A stretch of 53,114 bases of DNA, filler included, from Jimgerdemannia flammicorona (Eukaryota), in the NCBI GenBank assembly GCA_003990765.1. It is 3 parts of 3 records of this genome, joined end to end, with 100 filler letters (N's around TTAATTAATTAA, not from the genome) between each part and the next. Parts side by side here need not be neighbours in the genome. Positions count along the whole stretch, not along the records: positions 1 to 17,639 come from RBNJ01002464.1; 2 more parts are not named here. The stretch is one strand, 5' to 3'. The notes beneath the pieces are model-generated. The model was not told where the DNA came from. It ran no database searches and saw nothing but the letters and a program-made list of their open reading frames with translations. The translations under genes and the position numbers were made by a program. Below are positions 1-12,575 of this stretch, piece after piece (the first letter of the stretch is position 1; every line of letters starts with the position of its first letter).

Positions 1-212
1 CTTCCCCCCCTCCCAAAAAAAGGCCATAAAGTCTTAGATAGTGCTAAATGATCTACTATTTATAAATATTAGAAAAGATTATATATATAGAAATAATTAT
101 TATAATATTTAGTCAAAAAGGCTGCAGCATATACAATCAAAAGAAGCTATCCTCATTATCATATTTTACCAAAGTAATGATAGGTGGTAATAATATTTTA
201 AATTAAAATAAA

Positions 213-490
213 TCGATGGAAGGTCTATCTGAGGAAGAGAAGCAGCGATCCGAGATGTTCTAGCATGCAAATATGCTCCTGTTCCTCGCTCTTACTAGTA
301 ATCACGAGGCCACTAAGCGTCTAATGCTCACGAATTACATGTTTCAAGATCAGCTCTAAGCCCTCCCGTGAGACGAATACATGATCAATCTCGCGAACCT
401 GAAGAAGCTGAAGGAACGATTCTCGAGATATTTCATGTGGGTCAAGAATCAAATCGGAGGTCGGAGGCAACCTTTGCCTGGTGCGAACGG
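213..490 (+). pseudogene. MED15/GAL11 fragment (ABD3/Med15_fungi-domain exon), cassette copy 1
   Basis: Aligns by eye with 15600-15900 rc (GGTCTATCTGAGGAAG...CTCGCGAACCTGAAGAAGCTGAAGGA...TGGGTCAAGAATCAAAT); frameshifted. Confidence 0.75.
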
Positions 491-494
491 TGAG

Positions 495-1193
495 TCGGTT
501 CGTGTATTGCATTGTGATTATCCATCATTTCCAAGAAAGTGACTGCTCGATAATGTGCGAGGCGAGAACAGAAATAATCGTTCAATACATCATATAATGC
601 CTCAGGCACTTCTCGAATCTGTTGGAGGGAGAGACACACATTCATTGGAATACAGGGCCAGGGATGTTCGTTCCATTGACAAAGGGAAAAAAGTTTGCAA
701 TGTTCATAGCGGCAAATAAGCCCCAGCGCAACACCAATACCCCTCCAACTTACGCCCTCCCCATGTCCTCAAGCAACCATCCAATCAACGAAACGTAACA
801 TCCTTTTTTCAAGATAAGCCGCGTATACATAACCCTCACCATCCCATATAATGCTTACAAAGCTTATATTTTATATGGAGCCACTGGCTAGCCCATCCCT
901 GTATGCCATTAGGGATGCACCGACCAAACCTGCACTGTTCCTAGACTCGTATTTATCGTCACTAAAGAGGGAGGAAAAGGTGTGGTGGTTTGTCGTGTTT
1001 ATATGCGCAGAAATTGCAGCCATTGAACAGAACAAGGCAATAGCCGCCGCCCAGAGCGCCGCTGTGCAGCAGCAGTAACTGCAGGCTCATCGGCTGTAAG
1101 ATCGACGAGGACGGCAGCATTTGGTTTGGTGCACCTTGGGCCTTGCTCAATTGTGTAGGCCAGACCAAAGGTGACTGATACCGTGTTCGGCAT
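495..1193 (-). pseudogene. Scrambled fragments of unidentified gene B (copy 1) with an embedded short MED15 piece at about 1005-1090
   Basis: 495-1005 matches 13500-13980 rc; 1090-1193 encodes MPNTVSVTFGLAYTIEQGPRCTKPN (cf. 12576 ORF); 1005-1090 GCCGCCGCCCAGAGCGCCGCTGTGCAGCAG matches 14770-14815 rc. Confidence 0.7.
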
Positions 1194-1349
1194 GAAGGTA
1201 GAGAAGGGTAGGTGGTGTTCGAAACAATTGTGTTAACGTTACAGTCCTTTATATAATTGGATTTTAACTCTAACTCGACGCATTATTCGGTGCAGCCTGG
1301 TATTTGGCAAAACGATTATGAAATCCGTGCTATGTCACTTGCCTATTGG

Positions 1350-1570
1350 CTGTGGCTCAACAATTTCAATAACAGCAACAACAGGCAGTGGTGGCTACGG
1401 CCTCTGGTGGGCAAGATTCTCAGCCAAAAGCAAGCTGTCGCCAGCTTACAGAATCTGAAGCAACTGGGGCAATTGGCGGCAGCCCTGACCCCAGGGCCTT
1501 ATCTGTGGTTAGTATTTGATTTGTCATATGTAGTATTTGGAAACAAGCTTGAGTTGGAACATTTATTTAT
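1350..1570 (+). pseudogene. MED15 5' Q-rich exon/intron fragment
   Basis: GGCTACGGCCTCTGGTGGGCAAGATTCTCAGC...GGTTAGTATTTGATTTGTC matches 9230-9420 and 16030-16500 rc. Confidence 0.6.
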
Positions 1571-2379
1571 TGCATTTCGGGGGTACTGCACACATGTCTG
1601 GTGTGCTCGTGTTGAGCTTCTTCAGGCTTGTATATATACTATAATTAGGAGGCGTCGGAAGATGGAAAGGGCGAACTTCGTTTTCGTTCATTTTTGGTCA
1701 AAGCTATTAGGCACGAGAATGAAGATGAGCATGTGCCACTCCTGGGGAGCTGTACAACCCTTCCCAGTACGCAAATTCTCCAAAACACCAACTTCCAACT
1801 ATCATATCGTCCTCAAGTACCAAAATGTGCAGCGTTACCTTGCTTGCGTGCCATTTTGTGAAGGCGAACTGTTTCTCCGAGTCTCCTGGCTGTACTGGGG
1901 GAGAAAGTTCAGTATGCGCGGCTGCTTCTAGTATTCCTGCTGCTGCTGCGGATTTGTTTGGCAAAAAAAAAAAAAAATGCTTTGGCCATGTCAAAACGCC
2001 CATCAAACCTTCGTACCCAAAAATGGGCCCGTTCAATTTTAGGTTTTCGGGCCGAGGCTCTTTGCGCTCCGTATGACAGAAACTCATCCAGGGTACAGAG
2101 GTGCATGGAACCCAAGACCAGAACGGAACTGCTTACCGTGCTTCTGGATCTATTTTTCCCGCCCCCAACAAAGTAGCACTGCTGTTTTGCCACGCACAGA
2201 TCCAGAAAGTCAAACAATAAATTCATATTCAAAATAAATGAGTTATGGCGATCTGGCGAAATATGCATGCCGGAAGAGTAATTCCAGAGACCGTTTTTTC
2301 TACATTCGCATAAAAAGGAGACACCTGTAACATCCTTCGACTCACAACACAATACTCATTGTTTCGGGCATCACATAAT

Positions 2380-3190
2380 CCGCTCCATCTTCATGGCAAA
2401 CGCAGTATCCATCACCTCCCTGACAAGGCCCCAAGACCCGATCTGGCTCACCCTTTGAGCAAGGTCTGGAGGATACCAACCTTCCAGCCAAACCGCAGTC
2501 GGTTATGCCAACTTACTGACCTTTTCGATTTCCTGAGGTCCGACGGGTTCACCGAGCTCTCGCACTCCATTGACGAAGTCGCCATGCGTCAATTCGACGT
2601 CGAGGTCTGAGGCGTCGCCGCTGAACTGCTTGAACTAGACAACGACCCGCACATTCAGAACGGCTCCATGGATCTGGACCTCACGTTAAAACCTACCGAG
2701 CAAGTCGGTATATGCCCATATACCACTCTATCTTGAATTCCCTTTCAAAATACTTTATCTCTTTTCTTTTATTTTCTTCTTTTTGCTAAAGTGTGCCAAT
2801 ACGCAATGTCCACCTATGAGTTAGCTTTTCCAATAAATTTCGATTGCACATGGTTAGTAGTGACTGATAACAATATGTATAAATGCTTGCAATATTTTCC
2901 TCTCGTCTTGGTGGCCGAATTCAAGATGCAGGAGAGGTTACCTGCCGAAACCTCAGGGGAACCCGCCACTACTAACACTGGCCATCCTCTATTTTCTTTC
3001 TATTAGGGAGGAAAACCCCTTTGAAAAAGACGGAACTTGGTTGTGTAAGGGCCTGATTTGTCTCCCACCCACACAAAAGTATCTAAAAATGGCAAACTCC
3101 ACGTGAGCGTTAGGCAGATCTAGGGAAGGAAAGGTGCTGTAGTTCAGATATAAATATTTCCCTCTATTCCTACCTATTTTCCTTCTCTCT
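2380..3190 (+). pseudogene. Gene B copy 2 (deleted, frameshifted)
   Basis: LTDLFDFLRSDGFTELSHSIDEVAMRQFDVEV homologous to the 12576 ORF; downstream intron/exon blocks match 12930-13490. Confidence 0.75.
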
Positions 3191-3193
3191 CAT

Positions 3194-4190
3194 AATTGTT
3201 TTCGGTGGCGCCAGCGGCTGGGGTCGGGACGACATCAGTAAATGCGGCTCCGCCGGCCGAAATCCGTCATTTGGGCGGTGGTGGCCAAGGCCTTTGCGCT
3301 TATTTGCTGCTGGGCAACCTGCCTCGCGACTTGATCAGAGTACATTTTCTGGAGCTGGGCCTTCTGCACTGGGTTCAGATGGGTTTTACTTAGATTCGCT
3401 TGTTGAAGGACGTGTTGTACTTGGAGTGTCCTGGGTGACAAAGCGTGGGCGATCTATGGGGCAAGACCAGCGGCAATGGGCTTGTTGCTGAGAGAGTAGG
3501 GACCTAACTCGCGTGCTTCATGGCTATCTGCGTAGTTTGAGGCCCTACGAACTGTTGCTGTCGTAATTCACGCACTCGTTGTTGAGAAGCCATTGCCTGT
3601 TGTTGTACAGTTTGCGAAGTAGCAGGCCCTGTGCATTCGTGCCTGGAGGACTCGGACCAGGCAAAAGTTGAGCCAATTTGATTCTTCACCCAGAGGAAAT
3701 ATCTTCTTGAGCATCTGTTTACTTCGCGGATTGCTGCCTTTTTTTTCTTAGATAGACCTTCTATCGAATTAGTTTTGACTGTGACAAGCCGTGATGGTTT
3801 GAAGCAAAGTATAACGTTCAGTATTGGGAGTGGAAGATGTGTTAGCAATAAATAAATGTTACAACTCAAGCGTTTTATTTATCGCAACATATTATTTTCC
3901 AAATGTGACAAATCAAATATATACTAACCGTGAACCGCCTGAATTGCGGCATCGTGCTAAGAGTGTGACACATCTGCAGGCGGCGGTCGCGCCACAGAGC
4001 CCTGCTGTCACTGTTGTGGGTAACCCAACCTGTTACACCTGGAGCTGTATGACCTGCGCCTGCTGCTGCTGCTAGTAAAGCTGATGGCCATCGCAATTCT
4101 TTGTTGTGCAGGGGAGCTGGCACGATGGCCCAGCCAGAGAAGGGTCAACGGTCATCGCTGGGGAGTTGATTGCGGAAGATCACGTCGCAG

Positions 4191-4195
<5 letters not shown>
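3194..4195 (-). pseudogene. MED15/GAL11 copy 2 (internally deleted)
   Basis: LQVQHVLQQANLSKTHLNPVQKAQLQKMYSDQVARQVAQQQ and RYFLWVKNQIG homologous to 14872-16250. Confidence 0.8.
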
Positions 4196-4224
<29 letters not shown>

Positions 4225-4569
4225 CACGAGCGGATTTAATAATAACTCGCGCCCTCATTGACGCCACAACGAAGAGCTAGTCAGAATTTGGGAAGGTGCA
4301 GACCCTCATTTTATGTGGAAAGCACTTGGCAAACACGTAAATGAAGCCACATGTCTTGAAAAAGTAGTAGACGCACAATTGTATAATGTTTCTTCCCATG
4401 CTGCAAGAGACCATATGATCATTCATGCAAACGAGTTACGATCCTGATGCAATATTACTTCAAGAGGTGATCGGAGCTCGGGTAGAACGTCAGTCAGGAT
4501 TTTGATTCTTCAATTGATTGCGTCTTGCTTGTAAGCAGTTGGTTTAAACGGAGGTTTGACACCAAGCAA

Positions 4570-5320
4570 TTAATATTATAATAAATAAACATTTAGGTTT
4601 GAATTAAGCTCTATAATATAAATTAAATTTAATTTAGAAATAAACTTGAGAAGCATCCTTTACTTGGTACTTATGTATAACTGAGAAAATTTAATTAGGT
4701 TTCTATAATTTCTTTATAACCAAATATTTAAGATAAGTATAGTTTAAATTATAAATTATTATAAAATCATGAGATATTAGTCAAAATATATTAAATTATT
4801 TAAATTTAAAAATCTTTATAATAATCTATATTTATTTTAAAAAATATTATATATTTAATTAAATTAAATAATAAACTAAGCTATTTTCATTGATTTTAAA
4901 ATGATTACTTATAATGTAGTTAAATTATTATTATAATTATTATATAATTATACAATTTATCTAATATAGTTATAAATAAGATTAAATAAAGTTATTATAT
5001 AATAATAAAACTATTATATATATTTATTCTCAATAGTAGTTTATTAATTATTAAATCTCTTTATATTATATAAAAATAATCTGTTCATAATAATAATCTT
5101 TCAAATATCTTATTTAATAGTTATCTATATTTTTACTCATTTTTTTATTTTAATTACTAGTCAAAATATAAAAATTTTAAATATTAAATTTTTTTAATAT
5201 AAAGCTATTTATAAATATTTAAATAATATCATATAGTTTAGCATTACATAATAGTAATTATTTATAAAATATATCTTGTCTAATTAATAAAAAAAAAATT
5301 CTTGATAAAAGAAATTTCAA
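4570..5320. other. Extremely AT-rich tract, probably a fully decayed transposon
   Basis: Sharp composition boundaries, very little C/G, no recognisable ORF; the origin is inferred only. Confidence 0.4.
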
Positions 5321-6859
5321 TAAAGCAGCTCAGCAAAGTGACTGCTCATGCTACTCGGCCACAAAAAACGTCATGGCCTCGATGTGTCCTCCTGAATACA
5401 GGATATCTTCGGTTCTAATCTTGTCGCTCGGATGAGATTAAAACGTGGTGCAAGTTACTCACAAGGTTCCCTTGAATTTGAGCTGTTTGGTGTTATCCTG
5501 TACGATTACATCACAAGCAATCACGTTTAATATCATGTGTGTATATACAAAACTCACGTTGCCCTGCACGAGGTCTGTATCCCAGTGCCTTGCCTTGGCA
5601 TCGGAATGGGTTCAGCAGGATCATTACATGCGGATCAACTTAAAAATACATTTATGTATGACAATTGCGCGGGAAAGATCTGTCGCTGTCGCCAAAGAGT
5701 GGTTTGAGCGGAGATGGAATCCTCGCGTTACGATTTAAGTGGCCGCGAAATCCACCATTTCGAATTCGCAGACGTGTAACCGCGCCTGTAAGCAAAAATC
5801 ACTCAGAATTTTGAACGGGGAAGCTGAAACTTGTAGAAAATGGCATTTCTGCTCGCAGGCTGCCGATTCCTTCCCTTTTCGTTCGCGGCCGAGGAACGGT
5901 ATGTAGTGCATGCAAACGTGGGCACCCAGCCACCGGGATCCGACGGAACCTATACAGTCAACCCAAGCCCTCTTATCCCATGAAACCCTAACCCTCACCC
6001 GTCAAAAAGTCAGGCTCAGAGTACTTTATAGTACACGCCCCGGTACTGTTTACCTGAATGCCGGTACTTGGCTGCTGAGTTCATAACCCACATTGGCCCC
6101 TGACCTCTGATTTCACGGGCATCTGCAGCAACATCCCTAACCTCTCTCCCTGGGTTTGGAAGCTCGTGTCTGGATTCGCGCTATTAAAAAAAAAAAAAAA
6201 AAGCAAACCCCTCCCCCCCCTTGTGTTCTCGAATGTGGTAGACTATTATCAGGCCCGGCGGTTTCTTCTGTCGCACGCTCCCGTTCGCACAATTGATGAT
6301 TGTAGATCGGTCCTGAACACCTCCCATTCCAAGAGGGCAGTTAACAAGATCACTAACGGTTGTAAGAAACCTTATTGGAAGGTGAATGCTAGGTGTGGGG
6401 GGCAGGGCGTGTAACTAGTTGGGGCCGAGGCCCAGACAATTCATGTTACTGACGAAGTATTGCTGCTGGAAGTGTTACACCACCAGATATTGAAGATAGG
6501 ATTTGCCACCTAACAAAATGGTACTCGCTGCTAGTTGCCCGGACGAAGCAGACAACATGGACAAGGGATCGCTCCTAATTAGGGGGGTAGCCTGATTGTA
6601 TGCAGTAGGGTGGTTTTAGCTTCGCGAGTTGTTTGTATCGTGACCTTTCAACGTGGTTGCTCCACGAGACGCTTTCTGCGGGCGGGACGTTCCTAAACGG
6701 GTTCAGGCCGATTGCATGCACAACAACCGAAATAAGGATAACCCTGCATCTTTACCTACATTTTACTTCGCACGTTCATATAAAAGAGTGGTAACGTAGC
6801 TTCGGCGCAACACAATACCAGTATCATTGTTTCGGACATCACATACCCCTCTCCATCTT

Positions 6860-7480
6860 TATGTCGAACGCAGTATCATGACAAGGTCCCCAAGATCCGA
6901 TCCTGCCCACCCCCTTGAGCAAGGCTCGGAGGGTACCAGCCTTCCAGCCAAACCGCAGCCGGTCATGTCCATTCATCCGACAACTGAGGAATCTCTCACC
7001 GACCTTCTCGATTTCCTGTGGTCCGACGGATTCACCGAGCTCTCCCACTCCATTGACGAAATCGCCATGCGCAAATTCGACATTGAGGTCCGGGGCATCG
7101 CCGCCGAGCTGCTTAAACCGGACAACGACCAGATTCAGTGTGTTACCTGCGGGTCCTGGCTGCGCCCGGCCGGTTCGCTGTGACTCCGCCGAATGGATCT
7201 GGACCTCATGTTAAAACCTACCAACCAAGCCGGTATATGTCCATATACCCACTCTATTTTGAATTCCCTTTCAAATTACTTTTATCTCTCTTCTTTTGTT
7301 TCTCCCAAGTTTTCATTTGTTTCTTTTTGCTAAAATGTACCAGTACAATAGCTTCTCCAAATACTTCGTGCTACACAATCACCGGTTTGCTAGATCTCTC
7401 GACGTTTTGATCACTGGAAAATCCATCCGTTCAATAAATTTGGTTATGGTTAATCTAAGTAATGATTGATACCAATAAGC
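6860..7480 (+). pseudogene. Gene B copy 3 (5' part)
   Basis: EESLTDLLDFLWSDGFTELSHSIDEIAMRKFDIEVRGIAAELLKPDNDQIQCVTCGSWLRP. Confidence 0.8.
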
Positions 7481-7494
7481 GTGTATATCAGCCC

Positions 7495-7890
7495 TTGTTA
7501 CTCGCTCACGAGACCACGAAGCGTCTAATGCTCATAAATACATGTTTCAAGATCTTCTGCGAAGCATATACGTGATCAGTCTCGCGAACCTGAAGAAGCT
7601 GAGGAGATATTTCCTCTGGGTCAAGAATCAAATCGCGAACCCTCCAGATATGAATTCCCAGACTATGACAGTGCCTGCCGTTTCACCAACAAGAAGCAAC
7701 AAAGAGTGCATGAATTACGACAACAGTCGGTGGGACCATAAAGCACGTATATACCTTTAAACTAAGAAGCAAATGAAGGGCGAGTCACAAAAATCTCCGT
7801 GACGATGACATCGCCGCAACAGAGCACTCAGGAACCCGTTGCCTCTGGAGATAACGACACGCGCTAGCGTCCTAGCCACTGTCGATCTTA
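7495..7890 (+). pseudogene. MED15/GAL11 fragment, copy 4
   Basis: YVISLANLKKLRRYFLWVKNQ; matches 15285-15780 rc with deletions. Confidence 0.75.
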
Positions 7891-7939
7891 TCCGTCGGAT
7901 GAATTCGATTATATCCGTATCCGTTCGGAGCCTTAGAAG

Positions 7940-9019
7940 GGGGTGTTTACCCGGGAAACATATCCTAACTTCCCAAAAAGGATACACTTCACAGCACCTT
8001 CGCTAACATCAACCGCAGCACGCTCGCCGGCAGCGGCTCGACGACGTTCCATCGCACGTTTCCGTCCCTCGACCCCAGTACTCGCGCCGAGTCGGGAAAA
8101 AATGATCTACCCAACGCTTACGCGGGGGTTGCAATCCCGAATGCTTTCTGACCCCGTCATCGCCTCCGTCAACATCGGTTTGCGTGAGTAGAAGACAAAT
8201 CAAGCCCTCACATACCCAAGTTCCGTCCTTTTCAACGGGATTTGCCTCCCTCATAAGAAGAAAATAGGGAGACCACTAATTTTTATGGTGCCAACTTCCT
8301 CATAAGTGAAGGATGGTCAGTGATATTAGTGGGGTTCCCTGACGAGAGGAAAAGGTTGCAAGCGTTTTATACGAATATTGTTATCAGTCACTACTTAGAT
8401 TAACCATGACTGCAATCGAAGTTTATTGAACGAATAGATTTTTCCAATGACCAAAACGTCAAGAGATCTAGCAAACTGGCGATTGTGTAGCTACGAAGTA
8501 TTTGGAAAAGCTAACTCGTAGACGGACATTATTATTGGTTTTTTTTTAAAAAAAAAAAAAAAGAAAAGAAGAAGAAACAAATATAACTTGGAAGAAACCA
8601 AAAAAAGAAGAAAAAGTATTTTGAAAGGGAACTCAAAAATAATGTGGGTATACCGACTTGGTAGGTTTTAACGTGAGGTCCAAATCCATCCGGCAGTGTC
8701 ACAGCGATCCGGCCAGGACCCGCAGGTGACACACTGAATCTGGCCGGCCCCATTCCGAATGTGCGGGTCGTTATCCGGTTCAAGCAGACGCCCCAGACCT
8801 CGATGTCGAATTGATGGAGTTCGAAATTTCGGCGAACTCATCGGACCACAAGAAATCAAGGAAGTCGGTGAGAGATTCCTCAGCCATCGGACGAGTGGGT
8901 ATGGCCGGCTGCGGTTCGGCTGTAAGATCGACGAGGATGGCAGTATTTGGTTTGGTGCACCTTGGGCCTTGCTCAATTGTGTAGGCCAGACCGGGTGTGA
9001 TTGATACCGTGTTTGACAT
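7940..9019 (-). pseudogene. Gene B copy 4
   Basis: MSNTVSITPGLAYTIEQGPRCTKPNTAILVDLTAEPQP...FLWSDEFAEISNSI; later exon EANPVEKDGTWVCEGLICL. Confidence 0.8.
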
Positions 9020-9194
9020 GAAGGTAGAGAAGGGTAGGTGATGTTCGAAACAATTTATTTGAGTACTGAGTTAACGTTACAGGTGTCTCCTTTTATACAA
9101 CTAAGTCTGTTAAGGCAATTTTAACTCGCCGCATGATTCCGTGCAGGTATTTGGTAAAACGATTATGAAGTCTGTGCTGTGTCACTTGCCAATC

Positions 9195-10372
9195 TCCTCA
9201 ACACCTTCAACAACGACAGCAGGCCGGGGTGACTACGGCCTCCGGTGGGCAAGATTCTCAGCAACAAACTGCACAAAGCGAAGCAACTTGGGGCAGTTGG
9301 CAGCAGCAGGACAACTCCAATTTCTTATCTGTGGTTAGTATTTGATTTTCCATGTGTAGTATTTGGAAAATAATATAAAGTTAGGTAAATAAAATGCTTG
9401 AGTTGGAACATTCATTTATTTCTAATATATACATCTTCCGCTTTTTGTACTCCCAACACTGAACGTTATACTTTGCTCCAAATCATCATGGTTGTCACTA
9501 TCGAAACCAATCCTATCGAAGGTCTATCTGGGGAAGAAAAAGTAGCAATCCGCTAATAAGTAAGACAGATGGCTAAGATGTTCAAGCTTGTAGATCATCT
9601 CTTACCCGTCTTTCTCGCTCTCACTAGTAATCACGAGACCACAAAGCATCTAATGGTATGAAATCCCTGTTTCAAAAGCAGTTCGATGAGGCGAACACGT
9701 GACCAGTCTCGCGAACCTGATGAAGTTGAAGAGATATTTCCTCTGGGTCAAGAATCAAATTGGCGGGAGCCCTCTGCCCAGACCGCGATAATGCCTGCTA
9801 CCTCGCAAAACGACAGGAAATAGCTGGTAAACAATAACTGCATGAATTACGACAGCAGTAGCAACAGCAGCAACAGCAGCCGTTCGTGGGGCCTCAAACC
9901 GCGCAGATAGCCATGAAGTATGTGCCTTTGGATTTGAAACTCCCTTCCGCCAAGAAGCGAGTGAAGGGAAGTCGCCCCAAGTACAACTATCTCTGTGGCG
10001 ATGACATTGCCGCAACAGGGAACTCAGGAACCCGTTGACCCTGGGGAAAACATCACATCCTTATCCAGCGTTAGTGTTCCCATCATTGTCGACTCACCCG
10101 TCCCAGCCAACGTACAATTGTTGCAACCCATCCAGTTCGTCGCCCCTATTTTCCAGCCTCTCTTAGGAACAAGCCGGTGCTAATTGATTTCGCGATGGGT
10201 AAAGGCGACGACACCGGTTGGGAGGAAAACATGATGAATATGGATGAGATCGATGCCAATGATGAGCATGAGCAAGAGCCGCAGGCCTAGCTTGGGCGAT
10301 GAAGGCGAGGCGGTCAGGAACAGCATAGGCAACTTGGCTGTTGCTTCGTCATGATGGTCCACATATTTTTGA
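9195..10372 (+). pseudogene. MED15/GAL11 copy 5 (left arm of the inverted repeat)
   Basis: Colinear with 14170-16520 rc, including the intron (GTTAGTATTTGATT...) and KLVDHLLPVFLALTSNHETTKHLM; stops and deletions present. Confidence 0.8.
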
Positions 10373-10482
10373 TTGCCACAGATTCTACCATCCCACTCAA
10401 TCTCACAGAACCCCACTCAATATATTTATTCGCAACTGTAATATATGGCTTCGATCTTGCTTCTGACCATTTTGTTTGCGAC

Positions 10483-10633
10483 TAGTGCTCCCAAACGAAT
10501 CGAATCAATTCGAATCGAATCGATTCGAAATTGAGAGTTAAACTTCAAAATGCAATAACTTAATCAAAATTTAGGTTCAAATCTGAATTGGATTCGGATC
10601 AAATCGATTCAATTCGATTCGTTCCGAGCACTA
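10483..10633. mobile_element. hAT-type MITE (151 bp)
   Basis: Ends TAGTGCTC...GAGCACTA; 8-bp TSD TTTGCGAC/TTTACGAC; the paralogous site (about 14080-14105 rc) is empty; internal GAATC/GATTC pentamer repeats. Confidence 0.9.
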
Positions 10634-10641
10634 TTTACGAC

Positions 10642-12219
10642 CAGAATCCAGAGATAGGCTATTGTTATTTATGAATATTGGAATAAAGCCAGAAACCCAA
10701 TGCCGTGTTGTAATCGTGGTCGGTTTGGGTATCGGGGTACAAGCAGGGTGGAGTGGGTTGGGAGACGGCTTGTGTGTTCGTGCCCCTTGAAGAAATTTCA
10801 GGTGCATGACTGTATTGTGATTACCCGTATGCTTCTATCATTCCAACAAAGTGACGAGCTGCTCAATGAAATACGAGGTATACAGTTACAACCGCTTGCC
10901 ACAAATCATATTATTTTATTGCACTTATTGATTGTTTCCTGCAGCACACAGCCACACTGGGAATACGTCGGTTCTATGGAGAGAGGAAGGAGAGAGACGA
11001 GAATAGAAACAAACTTTCAATGCACAAAGGGAGAAAAGTTTGTAATGTTCATTAATCATCCCTCCAACTCATGCACTCCCCATGTCCTCAAGCAACCATC
11101 CAACCAAGATAGCCCGCGTATACACAACCCTACAATGCTTACCAAGCTCATATTTTATATGGAGCCACCCGACGGTTAGCTCATCCCTACATACCGTTAG
11201 AAATGTACCGGTCTAACCTGCACTGTTCCTAGACCTGCATTCATCGTCGCTAAAGAGGAAAGAAAAGAAACGGTGGTTTATTTCGAGCAGTCGTGTTTAA
11301 TGCGTGTGAGAATGGAAGGAAAGTAGATAGGAAGGAGTGAAGGCAAGTATTTACCCGGGGAATATATTTGAACTTCTTAAAAGCCAAAAGGATAACATCG
11401 ACCTGCCGGCAGTGGCTCAATGACATTCGACTGCACGTTTCCTTCTCTCGATCTGCCTAACGCTTATGCGGGGTTTGCGATTGAATGCTTTTACGTGGGT
11501 GAGAGACAAATCATACCCTCACACAACCAAGTTCCCTCTTTTTTCAATGGTGTTTACCACCACTAAACTTGATGGTGTCAACCCTTCGTCATAAGTGAAG
11601 GATGGTTAGTGTTAGTAGTGACGGGTTCCCTGACGAGAACAAGTGTTTATACACCTATCACTACTTAGATTAACCATAATCATGCGCAATCGAAATTCAT
11701 TGCCTAAGGGCGGGAGGGTCTAGCAAACGGTGATTATGTAGCCACAAAGTATTTCGAAAGTTAACTCGTAGGCGGAAATTGCATATCAGCTCATTCTAGC
11801 AAAAAGAAACAAAAAAACATAGAAGAAAACAAAAGAAGAGAGATAAAGTATTTTGAAAGGGAACTCAAAATGGAGTGGGTATATGACTTGGTTGGTAGGT
11901 TTTAACGTAAGGTCCAGAGCCGTCTGGCAGTGCTACAGCAGGCCCAGGAGGTACACTGAATTTGGCAGGCCATTGTTCAGTTCAAGCAGCTCGGTGACAA
12001 TGTCCCAGACCTCGACGTCGAATTGGCATATGGCGACTTCATCAATGGGGTTCGGGTCACAGGAATCGAGGAGGTCGGTGATGGATTTCTCAGCAATCGA
12101 ACGAGTGGGCATGACCGGCTGCGATTCGGCTGTATGATCGACGAGGACGGGAGCAGTATTTGATTTGGTGTACCTTGAGTCTTGCTCAACGGTGGGGTAA
12201 TTAATACCGTGTTCGACAT
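10642..12219 (-). pseudogene. Gene B copy 5 (left arm of the inverted repeat)
   Basis: Reverse complement colinear with 12576-14090 (PVLVDHTAESQPVMPTRSIAEKSITDLLD...IDEVAICQFDVEV). Confidence 0.8.
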
Positions 12220-12340
12220 GAAGGTGGAGAGAATATTTGGGTATTGTGTTGTAAGTTGAAGAAGTTGTGAGTCGAAGAGCGTTACAGGTCGGGGAATGAG
12301 GTATTATATATATATATATATATATATAATTTGGAAACGG

Positions 12341-12510
12341 TGACGTCATGAAGTGGCAAGTGTTATCACATGACCAATTACCAAGTGGCGCGCGTGTGTA
12401 GTGGCAGTGGCGCGCATTTAGTGCGCGCGACCCTGTTTTTTTTTATAGTGGCAAGTGGCGCGCGTAACTAGAGTTTTACTATCCAAACGTCCAAGCCCTC
12501 ATAAATAGCT
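12341..12510. promoter_or_regulatory. Motif-dense spacer/promoter between head-to-head gene B copies
   Basis: TGACGTCA at 12341-12348; GTGGCGCGC at 12385, 12407, 12455; repeated AGTGGC; ATAAATA about 75 bp upstream of ATG 12576. Confidence 0.4.
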
Positions 12511-12575
12511 CCTTGGCCCCAAAACTTGTTTACCCACCCCTCTTCCGGCGAGACAACACAATACCTCCCATCCCC

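Noticed and set aside
1257..1931. 224-aa ORF
   Set aside because: Non-ATG start; reads out of frame through a MED15 pseudo-exon and intron; no recognisable domain.
2060..2160. APYDRNSSRVQRCMEPKTRTELL, reminiscent of the segment preceding fungal NACHT domains
   Set aside because: Too short, no P-loop follows; could be chance.
5981..6000. AAACCCTAACCCTCACCC telomere-like repeat
   Set aside because: Only two to three degenerate units, which is expected by chance.
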